64,000 nt of DNA from an uncultured Nitrospiraceae bacterium (lineage in GTDB: Bacteria; Nitrospirota; Thermodesulfovibrionia; Thermodesulfovibrionales; Dissulfurispiraceae): NCBI GenBank assembly GCA_963727805.1, contig CAVSHF010000003.1, forward strand, positions 2,176,001 to 2,240,000, written 5' to 3'. The number at the start of each line of letters is the position of its first letter. Positions within the stretch are counted from its first letter, which is position 1. The position numbers and the translations under genes were made by a program. The notes beneath the pieces are model-generated. The model had not been told where the DNA came from, did no database searches, and saw only the letters and a list, made by a program, of their open reading frames with translations. Of the stretch, positions 41,183 to 51,369 are shown piece by piece.

Positions 41183-43880
41183 AATTATGACCGAACAGGA
41201 TCAGAGCCAAGACGAAAATGTAGGATTCAATAGCGAGCCATCAGACAGTGCGACCCATCGCAGCACCGATGCCGAACAACTTCGACGGCTAAGAGTTCTC
41301 AATGCGCTCACCGCGTCGATTATCTCGACAACGGACTTCCCGGATCTCCTGGGCAAAATCTCGATGGAATCCGTTAAGTTCTTTAATGCTTGCGGCAGTA
41401 TCCTGCGACTCCTTGAAAATGGCAGGTTGAAGGTGGAGGCTTGTTCGGGGCTCTGCGAAGATATTAAGCCAGAGCTTGAGATCGGCGAGGGCATGTGCGG
41501 TCGGGCTGCGCTTGAGGGGAAAACAATTTTCTTTAACCGGCCCGAAAATACCGATGTTCATGCCGTTATGAAAAGTATCGAAGTGGGAATCTGCACACCA
41601 CTGAAAATAGGCGATACACTTATCGGCACTTTCGGCCTTTATGACAAGATGACCGTTGAAGGAACTATCATTCCCTTCAGCGAAGACGACCGGGGTACCC
41701 TTGAAGGCTTTGCATCGGTCGCTGCGATCGTCCTCGAAAAATCGATCCTTTATGAGAAAGCGTTGAAACAGGAGCGTGAGGCGGTCAATGCAAAAAAGGA
41801 GAGCGAGGAACTGAAGGACTACCTCGAAGGCCTAATCGCGAATTCTCTCGATGCCATCGTCACCACAGATTTGAATGGCATCGTGACATCGTGGAACGAT
41901 GCCTCTGAGAAAATGTTCGGATATTCCAGTGAGGAAGCCATTGGACGGTTCCTTCCAAACGTGCCCCATTTCCTTGTCGATACCGAAAAAAGTTACATGG
42001 AACAGATTAAAAGAGGTGAGACGATAAAAGATCTCGAAACGGTCAGGAAGACACAAGACGGCAGGATCATCGATGTCAACATCAATATGGCCCCAATCAA
42101 GAACTCGGCGGGAGACGTCATCGGGATCAGCAGGATCGGCAGGGATGTCACTGAACGAAAGATGATCGAAAAGGACCTTTTACGCAAGAATAACGAACTG
42201 TCCCGACTGCTTTTCATCAGCTCTACCATGCGGGGGACCCTCGAACTGGACAGGCTGCTCAGAATGGTCCTAACGGCAGTTACGATGGGCGACGGCCTTG
42301 GCTTCAACCGCGCGATGCTCTTTCTCATCAATGAAGAGGCTGATACCCTCAAGGGCGCCATGGGAGTCGGTCCGGCAAACCATGACGAAGCCTGGGAAAT
42401 TTGGTCACGTCTATCGATGGAAAACAAAGACATTCATACGATAATGCAGGAGATTGAACTTGGTCAACTGAGCAAGGATTCGCTCATCGACAAGCTCTGC
42501 CACGGTATCACAGTGTCCCTCGAAGCCGATACGGTACTCACTCGGGTCGTCAAGCAAATGCGGCCTTTAAACGTAACGGATGTGCGCACCGCGCCATTTT
42601 CAGACCCTGTTCTTATTCAGCAGCTCGGTACGATGGCCTATGCTGTGCTTCCCCTCATGTCGAGAAACAGGGTCATCGGAGTCTTATGGGTCGATAACCT
42701 CTATTCACGAAAACCCATAACCGATCACGACATGAATATTCTGAAGGGTTTCACGGATCAGATCGCATCGGCCATCGAGAGTGTACGCCTTTTCGAACAT
42801 GTGGCCCGTGCAGAACAGGAACTGAACAATATCTTTGAGTCCATTTCGGATCTTATGTATATTAACAGCAGCGACTACACCATCAAAAAGATTAATCGTG
42901 CCGTAGCTGAGAAGATCGGCAAACCCCAGGAAGAAATTATCGGCAAGAAGTGTTACGAAATCTTTCATGGTATGGATAGCCCATGGGAACTCTGCCCCCA
43001 TCATAAAACCATCGCGACGAATAAACCTTTCGTCGGAGAGGTCGATGACCCGAACCTTGGAGGCACTTTTCTCATTTCAAGTTCCCCCCTGTTCGACAAG
43101 CACGGGACACTTACAGGGACCGTGCATATCGCTCGGGACGTCTCCGAGATCAAAAAGCTTAAGGAAAAAATTGTCTCTATCGAGCGCATGGCTGCCCTCG
43201 GAGAAATGGCCGCCAAAGTCGCCCACGAGATCAGAAATCCTCTTCTCTCCATCGGTGGCTTTGCGAGAAGACTCGAAAGGAGACTCGACACGGACCTCAG
43301 GGAACATGCGAAAATAATCGTTGACGAAGTGAGGCGACTCGAAGGTATACTGAACAATACCCTCAGTTTCGTGAAGAGCACCATCACCGAGCGCAAAGAA
43401 GTTACGGCTGCCGATCTTATAAATGACATCATTACGCTCCTCGAGCCGGCGGTCAACGAGCGCGGAAACGTTCTAAAAAAAGAGGTCGATCATACCGTGC
43501 AGTTGATGATCAACTATGACCGCTTCAAGGAGGCCATTCTCAATCTCATTAGCAACGCTAACCATGCGACTGAAAACGGTACAATATCCATAAGAGTCTA
43601 TCAGGAGTCGATTTTTTCAGTGCCCGACCTCCTGGGACAGCGGGCCGAAGAAAAAGAGGCAGTTATTGAGATACAGGACACCGGCTACGGAATAAGGGAA
43701 GAGGACCTGGGTAGGATCTTCGATCCTTTCTTCACCACCCGACCGACAGGCACGGGCCTCGGGCTTTCGATAACCAAGCGGATTATCGAGGAGCACGGCG
43801 GCAGGATAGATGTTGAAAGCAAAGTAGGAAATGGCACAATTTTTAAAATTTATCTACCCCTTAAAGGAGGACCGGAATGA
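41175..43880 (+). CDS. Cytoplasmic GAF-PAS-GAF-PAS sensor histidine kinase (start 41175 or 41187)
   Basis: No TM segment; PAS (WNDASEKMFGY), H-box AHEIRNPL, N/G boxes (NLISNA, DTGYG, PFFTT, GTGLGL). Confidence 0.9.
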   Translation: MIEIMTEQDQSQDENVGFNSEPSDSATHRSTDAEQLRRLRVLNALTASIISTTDFPDLLGKISMESVKFFNACGSILRLLENGRLKVEACSGLCEDIKPELEIGEGMCGRAALEGKTIFFNRPENTDVHAVMKSIEVGICTPLKIGDTLIGTFGLYDKMTVEGTIIPFSEDDRGTLEGFASVAAIVLEKSILYEKALKQEREAVNAKKESEELKDYLEGLIANSLDAIVTTDLNGIVTSWNDASEKMFGYSSEEAIGRFLPNVPHFLVDTEKSYMEQIKRGETIKDLETVRKTQDGRIIDVNINMAPIKNSAGDVIGISRIGRDVTERKMIEKDLLRKNNELSRLLFISSTMRGTLELDRLLRMVLTAVTMGDGLGFNRAMLFLINEEADTLKGAMGVGPANHDEAWEIWSRLSMENKDIHTIMQEIELGQLSKDSLIDKLCHGITVSLEADTVLTRVVKQMRPLNVTDVRTAPFSDPVLIQQLGTMAYAVLPLMSRNRVIGVLWVDNLYSRKPITDHDMNILKGFTDQIASAIESVRLFEHVARAEQELNNIFESISDLMYINSSDYTIKKINRAVAEKIGKPQEEIIGKKCYEIFHGMDSPWELCPHHKTIATNKPFVGEVDDPNLGGTFLISSSPLFDKHGTLTGTVHIARDVSEIKKLKEKIVSIERMAALGEMAAKVAHEIRNPLLSIGGFARRLERRLDTDLREHAKIIVDEVRRLEGILNNTLSFVKSTITERKEVTAADLINDIITLLEPAVNERGNVLKKEVDHTVQLMINYDRFKEAILNLISNANHATENGTISIRVYQESIFSVPDLLGQRAEEKEAVIEIQDTGYGIREEDLGRIFDPFFTTRPTGTGLGLSITKRIIEEHGGRIDVESKVGNGTIFKIYLPLKGGPE

Positions 43881-44227
43881 AAATACTGGTCGTAGATGAT
43901 GAAAAGAACATCCTGAAACTCTACAAGGCTGAACTCGAGGATGAAGGGTATAATGTTGTTACGGCAAACTCGGGCAAGGAAGCGCTCGATGTGTTCCGGC
44001 AGGAGAACCCGGACCTCGTGACACTTGACATCATGATGCCCGATATCGACGGCATCCAGGTCTTGAGACAACTGAAACAGGAAAATCCGCAGATACCGGT
44101 GATCATGCTCACCGCTTACGATTATCGGGACGATTTTTCAGTCTGGGTCTCCGATGCATACGTGGTGAAGTCTTCTGATCTTGCAAATCTGAAAGCAACG
44201 ATAAAGCAGATAATTGAAAAAAAATGA
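43877..44227 (+). CDS. Single-domain response regulator
   Basis: VVDD, LDIMMPDIDG, LTA, YVVKS. Confidence 0.92.
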   Translation: MKILVVDDEKNILKLYKAELEDEGYNVVTANSGKEALDVFRQENPDLVTLDIMMPDIDGIQVLRQLKQENPQIPVIMLTAYDYRDDFSVWVSDAYVVKSSDLANLKATIKQIIEKK

Positions 44228-45476
44228 CGCCATAATCACCGTTAAGGCCGACCTCCCTGCATACGGCGGCTTTTCACTCGCGAGAAGGAATGGCTCGATC
44301 CTACTCATCAGGAATGCTATCCCCGGCGAGACCGTTGAAGCTAAGATTGAAGAGCAAAAGAAGGATTTTGCCTTTGCCAACGCCGTAAGAATCCTTGCGG
44401 CTTCTCCTGACAGAATCGAGCCGTCATGCCCTGTCTTTGGTGAATGTGGCGGCTGCCAGCTCCAGTATATTGCCTACCCCCGTCAGGTCTTGCTAAAAGA
44501 GGAAATTCTCCTCGACTGCATGTGTAGAATAGCAAAAAAAGAGGCTGATCTTGCCACACCGTTCATCGGCCACAGTCCCTGGCACTACCGATACAGGGGA
44601 CAGTTCAAGATGGGCAAGGGAGCCCTTGGCTTTTTCCGGGAAAAGTCGAGAGAAATTGTCGACATTGACAGCTGCCCGCTCATGAAGGAAGAGGTTAATG
44701 ACCTTTATGCGAAAGCGCGGGGAATATACAAAGCGTCTCCAGCCCTGTTTGATAGCATTTCGGACCTCCATATATCATACGGCAGTGAAGGGATGGCCCT
44801 CCTGAAATCCTCATCAAAGATATCGATGGCGCGGTGGAACCAAATCGGGATGCTCCTTCTTGATGCCGGATTTGAAGGGGTGTGCGGGATGTCTGACAAG
44901 GGCAGAACAGTCAGCTTCGGCAACGAGCACATCACCCTTGATCTCGACGGGCTCACATACACCATTTCACCGCAGAGCTTCTTTCAGGGTCACTGGGACC
45001 TTAACCGTACAGTCGTGAGCTTTCTCAGAAAGGCTTTACAGCCGCTGAAAGGCAAGCGAGTCATCGATCTCTATGCGGGAGGGGGCAACTTTTCGCTGCC
45101 CATCGCCTTTGACGGCGCCGATGTTTACGCTGTTGAGGAGAACCCCACTGCAATAGAGGATGGAAAGAGAAATGCGGCAGCTAACGGCATCAGGAATTGC
45201 CGGTTTATCGAATGTTCCGCCGAACGTCTGAAGGTATGCGACACCGTCGACATACTTGTCGTTGATCCGCCGAGGCCAGGTCTTACCAACACTGCCCTCG
45301 ACAAGATTATATACGTCGAACCGGAGCGAATCGCCTACCTGTCCTGCAATCCATCTACCCTTGCAAGGGATATTAAAAAACTTCTCGGCCAATACGAAAT
45401 CGAAGCGATGCGTATCATCGATTTCTTCCCCCAGACATACCACATTGAATCTCTAACTGTCTTAAGGCTCCGTTAA
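44214..45476 (+). CDS. rlmD: TRAM-domain RNA (uracil-5)-methyltransferase, RlmD/TrmA family
   Basis: CPVFGECGGCQ, SFFQ, DLYAGGG, DPPRPG, YLSCNP, DFFPQTYHIE. Confidence 0.85.
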   Translation: MKKNDAIITVKADLPAYGGFSLARRNGSILLIRNAIPGETVEAKIEEQKKDFAFANAVRILAASPDRIEPSCPVFGECGGCQLQYIAYPRQVLLKEEILLDCMCRIAKKEADLATPFIGHSPWHYRYRGQFKMGKGALGFFREKSREIVDIDSCPLMKEEVNDLYAKARGIYKASPALFDSISDLHISYGSEGMALLKSSSKISMARWNQIGMLLLDAGFEGVCGMSDKGRTVSFGNEHITLDLDGLTYTISPQSFFQGHWDLNRTVVSFLRKALQPLKGKRVIDLYAGGGNFSLPIAFDGADVYAVEENPTAIEDGKRNAAANGIRNCRFIECSAERLKVCDTVDILVVDPPRPGLTNTALDKIIYVEPERIAYLSCNPSTLARDIKKLLGQYEIEAMRIIDFFPQTYHIESLTVLRLR

Positions 45477-46315
45477 TGTCTTTTTCGGAAGTGTCAACCC
45501 GAGAAGAATCCAAAACAAGAAGACTTCTTGAAACCGCGGTAGAAGCAGCGCAGCAGGCCGGCAAATTCATTTGTGCCAATCGGGGGACCCTCTCCGCCAG
45601 CGACATCAGCCTCAAGCAAGCCTTTGATTTCGCCACTCGCGTTGATACTGAATCGGAGCAGATTATCATCAACATTATCAGGGAACATTTCCCGAGCCAC
45701 CATTTTCTTGCCGAGGAATCCCTTCATGAGATCGAGACCGAGGACTACCGGTGGATCATCGATCCCCTTGATGGCACTACGAATTACATCCACGGATTTC
45801 CCTTCTCTGCCGTCTCCATCGCACTTCAATACAAAAGAGAAATCATAGTCGGCGTTGTCTTCGACCCCTTCAGAAACGAACTCTTTACGGCAGTCAAAGG
45901 AGAGGGGGCCTTCCTGAACGGAAATAAAATTGCGGTATCCAATGCGTCGGGGATGGAAAACTCGCTAATCGCCACTGGATTTCCTTTTAAGAATAAGGCG
46001 CTGATTGACCAATATCTGATGCTCTTCAAAAATATCTTCCTTAAAGTAAGCGATATACGCAGAGCCGGTTCGGCAGCCCTCGACCTGGCGTATATTGCCT
46101 GCGGCAGGTTCGACGGGTTCTTCGAAATCGGATTAGCCCCGTGGGATTGCGCCGCGGGAAGCCTAATGATAGAAGAAGCCGGTGGCATCAGCACCAACTT
46201 CGGTGGCGGAGAGGACTTTCTGTCAACAGGAAATGTCGTAGCTGGTAACCACTACACACATGCGCTGGTTCTGGAAAAAGTCAAAGAAGTTTTCGCTGGA
46301 GTACTCGATAAATAA
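45476..46315 (+). CDS. suhB: Inositol monophosphatase family protein
   Basis: WIIDPLDGTTNY, RRAGSAALD, WDCAAG. Confidence 0.9.
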   Translation: MSFSEVSTREESKTRRLLETAVEAAQQAGKFICANRGTLSASDISLKQAFDFATRVDTESEQIIINIIREHFPSHHFLAEESLHEIETEDYRWIIDPLDGTTNYIHGFPFSAVSIALQYKREIIVGVVFDPFRNELFTAVKGEGAFLNGNKIAVSNASGMENSLIATGFPFKNKALIDQYLMLFKNIFLKVSDIRRAGSAALDLAYIACGRFDGFFEIGLAPWDCAAGSLMIEEAGGISTNFGGGEDFLSTGNVVAGNHYTHALVLEKVKEVFAGVLDK

Positions 46316-46585
46316 TATTTGCAAGGTTTTGTAAGGCGAAAAAAGTCGCTATATCCTATAGCTCTGCCATGTGCTTTTTCAAATACCTCCACACGGCCTA
46401 GTAAGTCATACGCGTACATAGGCTGAATTGGACACTCGTTCTCTTGTGATGTGGGGAGAATAAATAATACCGATTGCTTCTTTTATCCTTGTATTTTCCT
46501 TTTAGAGGGCTACGTCTGAATTATCGCTGGCTTGTCCAACAGCAAAACACGTTTAATTCCTGACAGTTTCCACGTGCAGACAGCC

Positions 46586-47055
46586 CTACGACGAGACGCT
46601 CTCCCTGAATACATCTGGTTTATCGAGCCTTGATTTGGCAAGCATTGGCGATATATCCAATATCCCGTGATCGAATCCTGCAAAAACTTCATCGCTGCTA
46701 ATATCTATAAAGGTTGCCTCACCACTGCCAGGTGAGGGTAATGAGGATAGACAAAATATACACTGCCGGGCTGGTTATTGAGCTTACAATTAGTACATCC
46801 CTGTGAACTCGATATGGAATATATTCCGCTGGAGTGATCCCTGATACACAGACGATCATGAAAATGTATTGACTGTTCAAAGCAGTCATTTGTTAATAAA
46901 ATCATCAAGGATAAGGTGACGATGCAGAAGGACAATGGCAACTTGATTGAATAGAATGGTAGTCCCTGTATATTAAATCTAACGCTCGTTGATGCGCACG
47001 CAGTCAATAAAACAGCCACACAAGATAGACCTATAAGAATTGTAATCTTCTTTAT
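46586..47055 (-). pseudogene. Possible decayed lipoprotein gene
   Basis: SD AGGAG 7 nt before ATA (47055) then KKITILIGLSCVAVLLTAC lipobox; protein-like sequence continues in other frames; 3' boundary uncertain. Confidence 0.3.
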
Positions 47056-47142
47056 ATAAAGTCTCCTTTCACTCTGAGAGTTCTTTGATATTTTTCGATG
47101 AATAAATGCGCACCCCATCCTAATCTTATGCTAAAATGAATC

Positions 47143-47682
47143 ATGCTCTCTGCTCTCTCACCGGAGAAAATTGCCGATCTCACCGAGGTCGTTATATGCG
47201 ACAGCGAGGCTGCCATGGATGCCCACAAGGACCTTTTCCGATTCAGTCAGAATGCCTATCTTCCCGCTTATGAAACAAATGATAATTCAGTAGGGAATTT
47301 TTGTGATGCCTTCCCTACAGTGACGAGACTCATAGATACCTGCAACCTAGCGCCGTTATGTCCTTCACGAATACATCTCGTAGCTAGATGGGAGAATATA
47401 CTGAAGGTCGCTGCATGGAAGGCGGAGCTTACTTCCGTCCGGGATGCATTAATATTCTTAAAAAATGCAGGGATAGCGGAAGCTGATCTGGCACCTTTTG
47501 CCGGTTCTCCGGTAGCCGATCTGTTCCCTTATCTTTATTATGGAAAACGATTCAATGTTATAAAAAAGATTTGCATGATGGCGAGAAAGCAGATCGAATC
47601 TCATCTCAAGAAAGGTGGCGTGCGAGCCGACTGCCATATGATCGCAGAAGACGCGCCCCGAATCTTCGCCAGCAGCCTCTGA
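47143..47682 (+). CDS. Hypothetical protein (179 aa)
   Basis: Clean ORF with TGnTAAAAT 5 nt upstream of ATG; weak resemblance by eye to the C-terminal half of CbiD. Confidence 0.7.
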   Translation: MLSALSPEKIADLTEVVICDSEAAMDAHKDLFRFSQNAYLPAYETNDNSVGNFCDAFPTVTRLIDTCNLAPLCPSRIHLVARWENILKVAAWKAELTSVRDALIFLKNAGIAEADLAPFAGSPVADLFPYLYYGKRFNVIKKICMMARKQIESHLKKGGVRADCHMIAEDAPRIFASSL

Positions 47683-47713
47683 AGGGCCTGCTAGGCCTCC
47701 GTGCGGGGCAAAC

Positions 47714-49075
47714 TTAAAGGCTTAATCTCGCTATTCCATCCGCCAACTTGATACTGTTGGCGATACAATCATTTACAGCTACGCCTCGGTATGCGTTCCC
47801 TGCAAGATAGAACCCCTTATGTTTCGCTGATGCTTCGTCAAGCGCTTCAAGTTTTCGGTGGTGCCCCAGCAAGTATTGAGGTATCGCCTTTTCCCATCTG
47901 AACACCCTCACAAAATCAGGCTCTGCCCTGAGACCCATTATTTCGGCAAGTTCAGTCCTCACGGTGCTGATGAGCTTTTCATCGTCGAGAAGGGCCAGAT
48001 CCTGCGCTCTTGCGCCACCCACCATATTCCTCAATAAGACGTATCCTTCCGGTGCACGGTTCTCGAAAATACTCGAATCGAAAAGCGTCCCCAGTATCTT
48101 ACGCTTTTCACTACCCGGAATAAGATAACCGAACAGATTAATGTCCCTTCTGATCTTTGCTCGCTTGAATCCGAAGGAAACCACCGAGAGCGCAGGGTAA
48201 GGGATTGTCGTCAAGATGTCGTAAATAGTCTTGTCGAAGTCCCGCACTATTTCAGCTGAATTATGGGCTGGTGATGCGAGAACAACGCAATCGGCCTCGC
48301 ATGTTGATCCATCCTTAAAATGCAGCATGTATCCGCCAGTAGTCTTATCAATGCCCTTTGCCGCCTTGCCTGTCTGAACCCTGTCTCCGAGCAGACTACT
48401 CAGTGCCTCGACAAAGCTGTACATCCCTTCCCTGAATGAAGTGAGGGTCCCACCCGGCCCTGCCTCGACCTTTTTCCCTGACTTCTTTGCCTCCTTGCCG
48501 GCTGCCATGAAGCCCTTGATAAGACCACCATACTTCTGCTCAAGGTCATACACTTTAGCAAAACAGCTCCTGATGCTCATCTTCGAGGGATCACCCGCAT
48601 ACACGCCCGATGCCATGGGGTCAAGGAGCTTCTCGTAAAATTCCCTGCCGACCCTTCTTACCGCGAAGGATTCTAGAGTCTCGTCGTCTTTCATCGCCCG
48701 CGGAACGAAATATTCACCGATCATTCTCAGCCTGCCGGGGAGGCTCAGAAAATTGGACATGAAGAACTTTACTGCAGAATCGGGGATCTCTCGAAGTTCC
48801 CCGCCCGTATAGATGAATCTCTTCCGGGCATTGTCACTGCTCTTCATGGGAGACAGGTTGATCTTTGCTGCCAGTTCGAGAGTGCTCGGCTTATTGTCAA
48901 GGAACCCATTCACTCCCGCTTCGCACAGATATCCGTCGACTTTCTCGGTATATATCTTGCCGCCGGGACGGCTTTCCGACTCAAATACCTTTATGTCAGA
49001 TCCCTGCCCTCTTTCTAACAACGCATAGGCAAGTGATAGACCGGATATTCCACCACCAACAATAGCAATTCTCAT
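47714..49075 (-). CDS. hemY: HemY-family proto/coproporphyrinogen oxidase
   Basis: MRIAIVGGGISGL, RPGGKI, SGVYAGDP, AIPQY, GNAYRGV; GGAGG RBS. Confidence 0.93.
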   Translation of the reverse strand: MRIAIVGGGISGLSLAYALLERGQGSDIKVFESESRPGGKIYTEKVDGYLCEAGVNGFLDNKPSTLELAAKINLSPMKSSDNARKRFIYTGGELREIPDSAVKFFMSNFLSLPGRLRMIGEYFVPRAMKDDETLESFAVRRVGREFYEKLLDPMASGVYAGDPSKMSIRSCFAKVYDLEQKYGGLIKGFMAAGKEAKKSGKKVEAGPGGTLTSFREGMYSFVEALSSLLGDRVQTGKAAKGIDKTTGGYMLHFKDGSTCEADCVVLASPAHNSAEIVRDFDKTIYDILTTIPYPALSVVSFGFKRAKIRRDINLFGYLIPGSEKRKILGTLFDSSIFENRAPEGYVLLRNMVGGARAQDLALLDDEKLISTVRTELAEIMGLRAEPDFVRVFRWEKAIPQYLLGHHRKLEALDEASAKHKGFYLAGNAYRGVAVNDCIANSIKLADGIARLSL

Positions 49076-49325
49076 AGAGCCTCCAAGACGTTTACTTTTA
49101 AGATTATAACTTAAAGCGATATCATAAGCTATAAGGTGATTGGCCGCAATGCAAGAGAAATGCCTGCGTGCCAGGGCATGCCCGTTTGATGCGAAGGAGC
49201 CTGGCACATCCGCTTCGCTGCTTTCTCAAAAGGATAAAATGCCTTGGTTAATACCAAGCTTTCGAGCAGGGGCTTGAGGACTATTCTGTTTCGCGTCAAA
49301 ACGTGATGCACCATGCACTACTAAG

Positions 49326-50336
49326 TTATGACTTAATTACGATCTCCGCAAGGGCCTTGATAAACGTGGGCGATGTGTTGAGCGATTCCGCTCGCTGCAG
49401 ATTGATGCCGAGTGAATGAGCCATGTCTTTGTAAAGAATATCAATTTCATAAAGCGTCTCGATGTGGTCAGAGACGAAGCTGATCGGGACAACGAGCAAG
49501 TCCTTGACACCGCGTCGCGCGAGCTCCTCGATCATCTGCTCTGTCGATGGTTCTAGCCACTTCACCGGGCCGCTCTTGCTCTGAAACGAGAGATGCCATC
49601 TCATAGCAATCTTCTTTGTGACTGCGGTGATCGTCCCCTCTATCTCTTTTAGGTATGGGTCACCGTCATCGATGAACTTTTGAGGAAGGCTGTGGGCGCT
49701 GAACAGCACCTCAGGCTGCTCTTTAAACAAAGCAAAGCCCCTTGCTATACATTCATCGATGGCTTCGATGTAAAGAGGATGGTTGTACCACGATGTGATG
49801 CAGCGGAGTGTGAAGTGCGGACAGCGAATTATATAAGACGAATTCTCGCACGTTTCCCGACATTGGTTACGCTCCGTCCGATAAGTCTCCATAGCAGCTT
49901 TTTCCAACTTAATGATCGACGACCCTGTAGTGGCTATCGAATAGTGGGGATAGAGGGTGAGAGCAACGATATCGCTTATTCCATCTCGATGCATACGCTC
50001 TACTGACTCTTCGATGAATGGATGCCAGTACCTCATGCCTACATAAACACGATAAGTTCTGTTTCCCATCGCTAGATAATTTAAGTTTAATGCATCTTCG
50101 AGTGCCGCGGCCTGTGCCGTTGTGATGTCCCTAAGAGGGGATTTTCCGCCGATCAAACGGTACATGCCTTGAGTCTTTTTTGCACGCAACGTCGCAATGA
50201 ATGCGGCCAGAGGTTTCTGAAAAAACGCCGGACCGAGTTTTATTATGTCCCTATCCGAAAAAAGGTTGTAGAGAAAGGGTCTGACGGCATCGAGTGAATC
50301 AGGCCCGCCGAGGTTCAATAAAAGTATGCCGGTCAT
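49326..50336 (-). CDS. hemH: Ferrochelatase
   Basis: LLNLGGP, GGKSPL, MRYWHP, FSAHSLP, FQS..GP..WLEP, FVSDHIETLYE. Confidence 0.95.
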   Translation of the reverse strand: MTGILLLNLGGPDSLDAVRPFLYNLFSDRDIIKLGPAFFQKPLAAFIATLRAKKTQGMYRLIGGKSPLRDITTAQAAALEDALNLNYLAMGNRTYRVYVGMRYWHPFIEESVERMHRDGISDIVALTLYPHYSIATTGSSIIKLEKAAMETYRTERNQCRETCENSSYIIRCPHFTLRCITSWYNHPLYIEAIDECIARGFALFKEQPEVLFSAHSLPQKFIDDGDPYLKEIEGTITAVTKKIAMRWHLSFQSKSGPVKWLEPSTEQMIEELARRGVKDLLVVPISFVSDHIETLYEIDILYKDMAHSLGINLQRAESLNTSPTFIKALAEIVIKS

Positions 50337-50407
50337 GAATTAAGGATACAGGATGAGGAAACGAGGTTGCAATGACTCCCACAGAATAGATTACTGAACG
50401 CCGCGGC

Positions 50408-50665
50408 TTATTTTGCGACAGCGTTCTGTTCCCTAATCTTTTTCATAAGCCTTTCGTACTTCTCGTGGCCCACACATTCCCGTGCCGCAGGGCACCATTC
50501 GATGCATGACATTACCATGTCCCTTGTGATGGTCTTGCCGCATCCCTTACACGTCATGTCGGGTTCATCCGACCAGATCTCGTTCCGGTGATGGCAGAAG
50601 ACACAGACGAGGTCGTCCGGAGAAGGACTCGTTATCTCTTTGCTTCCTGGGCAGCTCTCTTTCAT
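50408..50665 (-). CDS. Small 8-Cys metal-binding protein (85 aa)
   Basis: CPG..CxxC..EIWSDE..CxxC..CxxWC..C; -10-like TAAACT 6 nt upstream of ATG. Confidence 0.8.
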   Translation of the reverse strand: MKESCPGSKEITSPSPDDLVCVFCHHRNEIWSDEPDMTCKGCGKTITRDMVMSCIEWCPAARECVGHEKYERLMKKIREQNAVAK

Positions 50666-50723
50666 AATTTTAGTTTACCACTGTCAGACCGGACTTACTA
50701 TGATTTGGATCATATTTGCGGGG

Positions 50724-51308
50724 TTAGCCCGACTTCCATCTTCTGAAGAGTTCGTGCTCGATACCGAAGCTGTCGAGTATCTTGCCTACAATGAAATCGA
50801 TGACCCCTTCGAAGTCCTTCGGCCCGTGATAAAAGGCAGGCACCGGAGGGGCGATGCGGACGCCGAGTCTCGCAAGCTTGAGCATATTCTCGAGGTGAAT
50901 TGCACTGAAGGGCATCTCGCGCGGGGAGAGAAGGAGCGGCCTTCCTTCCTTTAGGGTCACATCAGCGGCTCTTTCGATAAGGTTGTTAGCATAGCCGTGT
51001 GCAATCCCCGAAAGTGTCTTCATGGTACACGGCACCACCAGCATCCCGTTTGTCATGAAGGAGCCGCTCGCAACAGGCGCTTCCATTTTTTTATCCTCAT
51101 GGAAAAAAAGCCTGTCGGTCGCAAAGTGATTTCTGATGGCTGTTTCCGTATCTTCAGCCCAATCAATTCCAGTCTCTTCCAGAATGATGGGGAAGGTATT
51201 TTTGGATATAACAAGATGGACTTCTGCTGTTTTGATCAACTCAGCGAGAACACGGATGCCGAAGATCGGACCGCTTGCCCCGGTAATAGCCAAGACATAT
51301 CGTTTCAT
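50724..51308 (-). CDS. ubiX: Flavin prenyltransferase
   Basis: AITGASG, ASGS, VPCTMKTL, RAADVTLKE, PREMP, PAFYH. Confidence 0.93.
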   Translation of the reverse strand: MKRYVLAITGASGPIFGIRVLAELIKTAEVHLVISKNTFPIILEETGIDWAEDTETAIRNHFATDRLFFHEDKKMEAPVASGSFMTNGMLVVPCTMKTLSGIAHGYANNLIERAADVTLKEGRPLLLSPREMPFSAIHLENMLKLARLGVRIAPPVPAFYHGPKDFEGVIDFIVGKILDSFGIEHELFRRWKSG

Positions 51309-51369
51309 ATTTCTATTATAGCCGAATTCTTCGATACTACGGCTACTCCCCAGCATCGGCTCGTTGATG

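Noticed and set aside
49169..49208. GTGCCAGG...CCTGGCAC inverted repeat between hemH and hemY as a riboswitch or terminator
   Set aside because: Large loop, no adjacent U-tract and no recognisable riboswitch consensus
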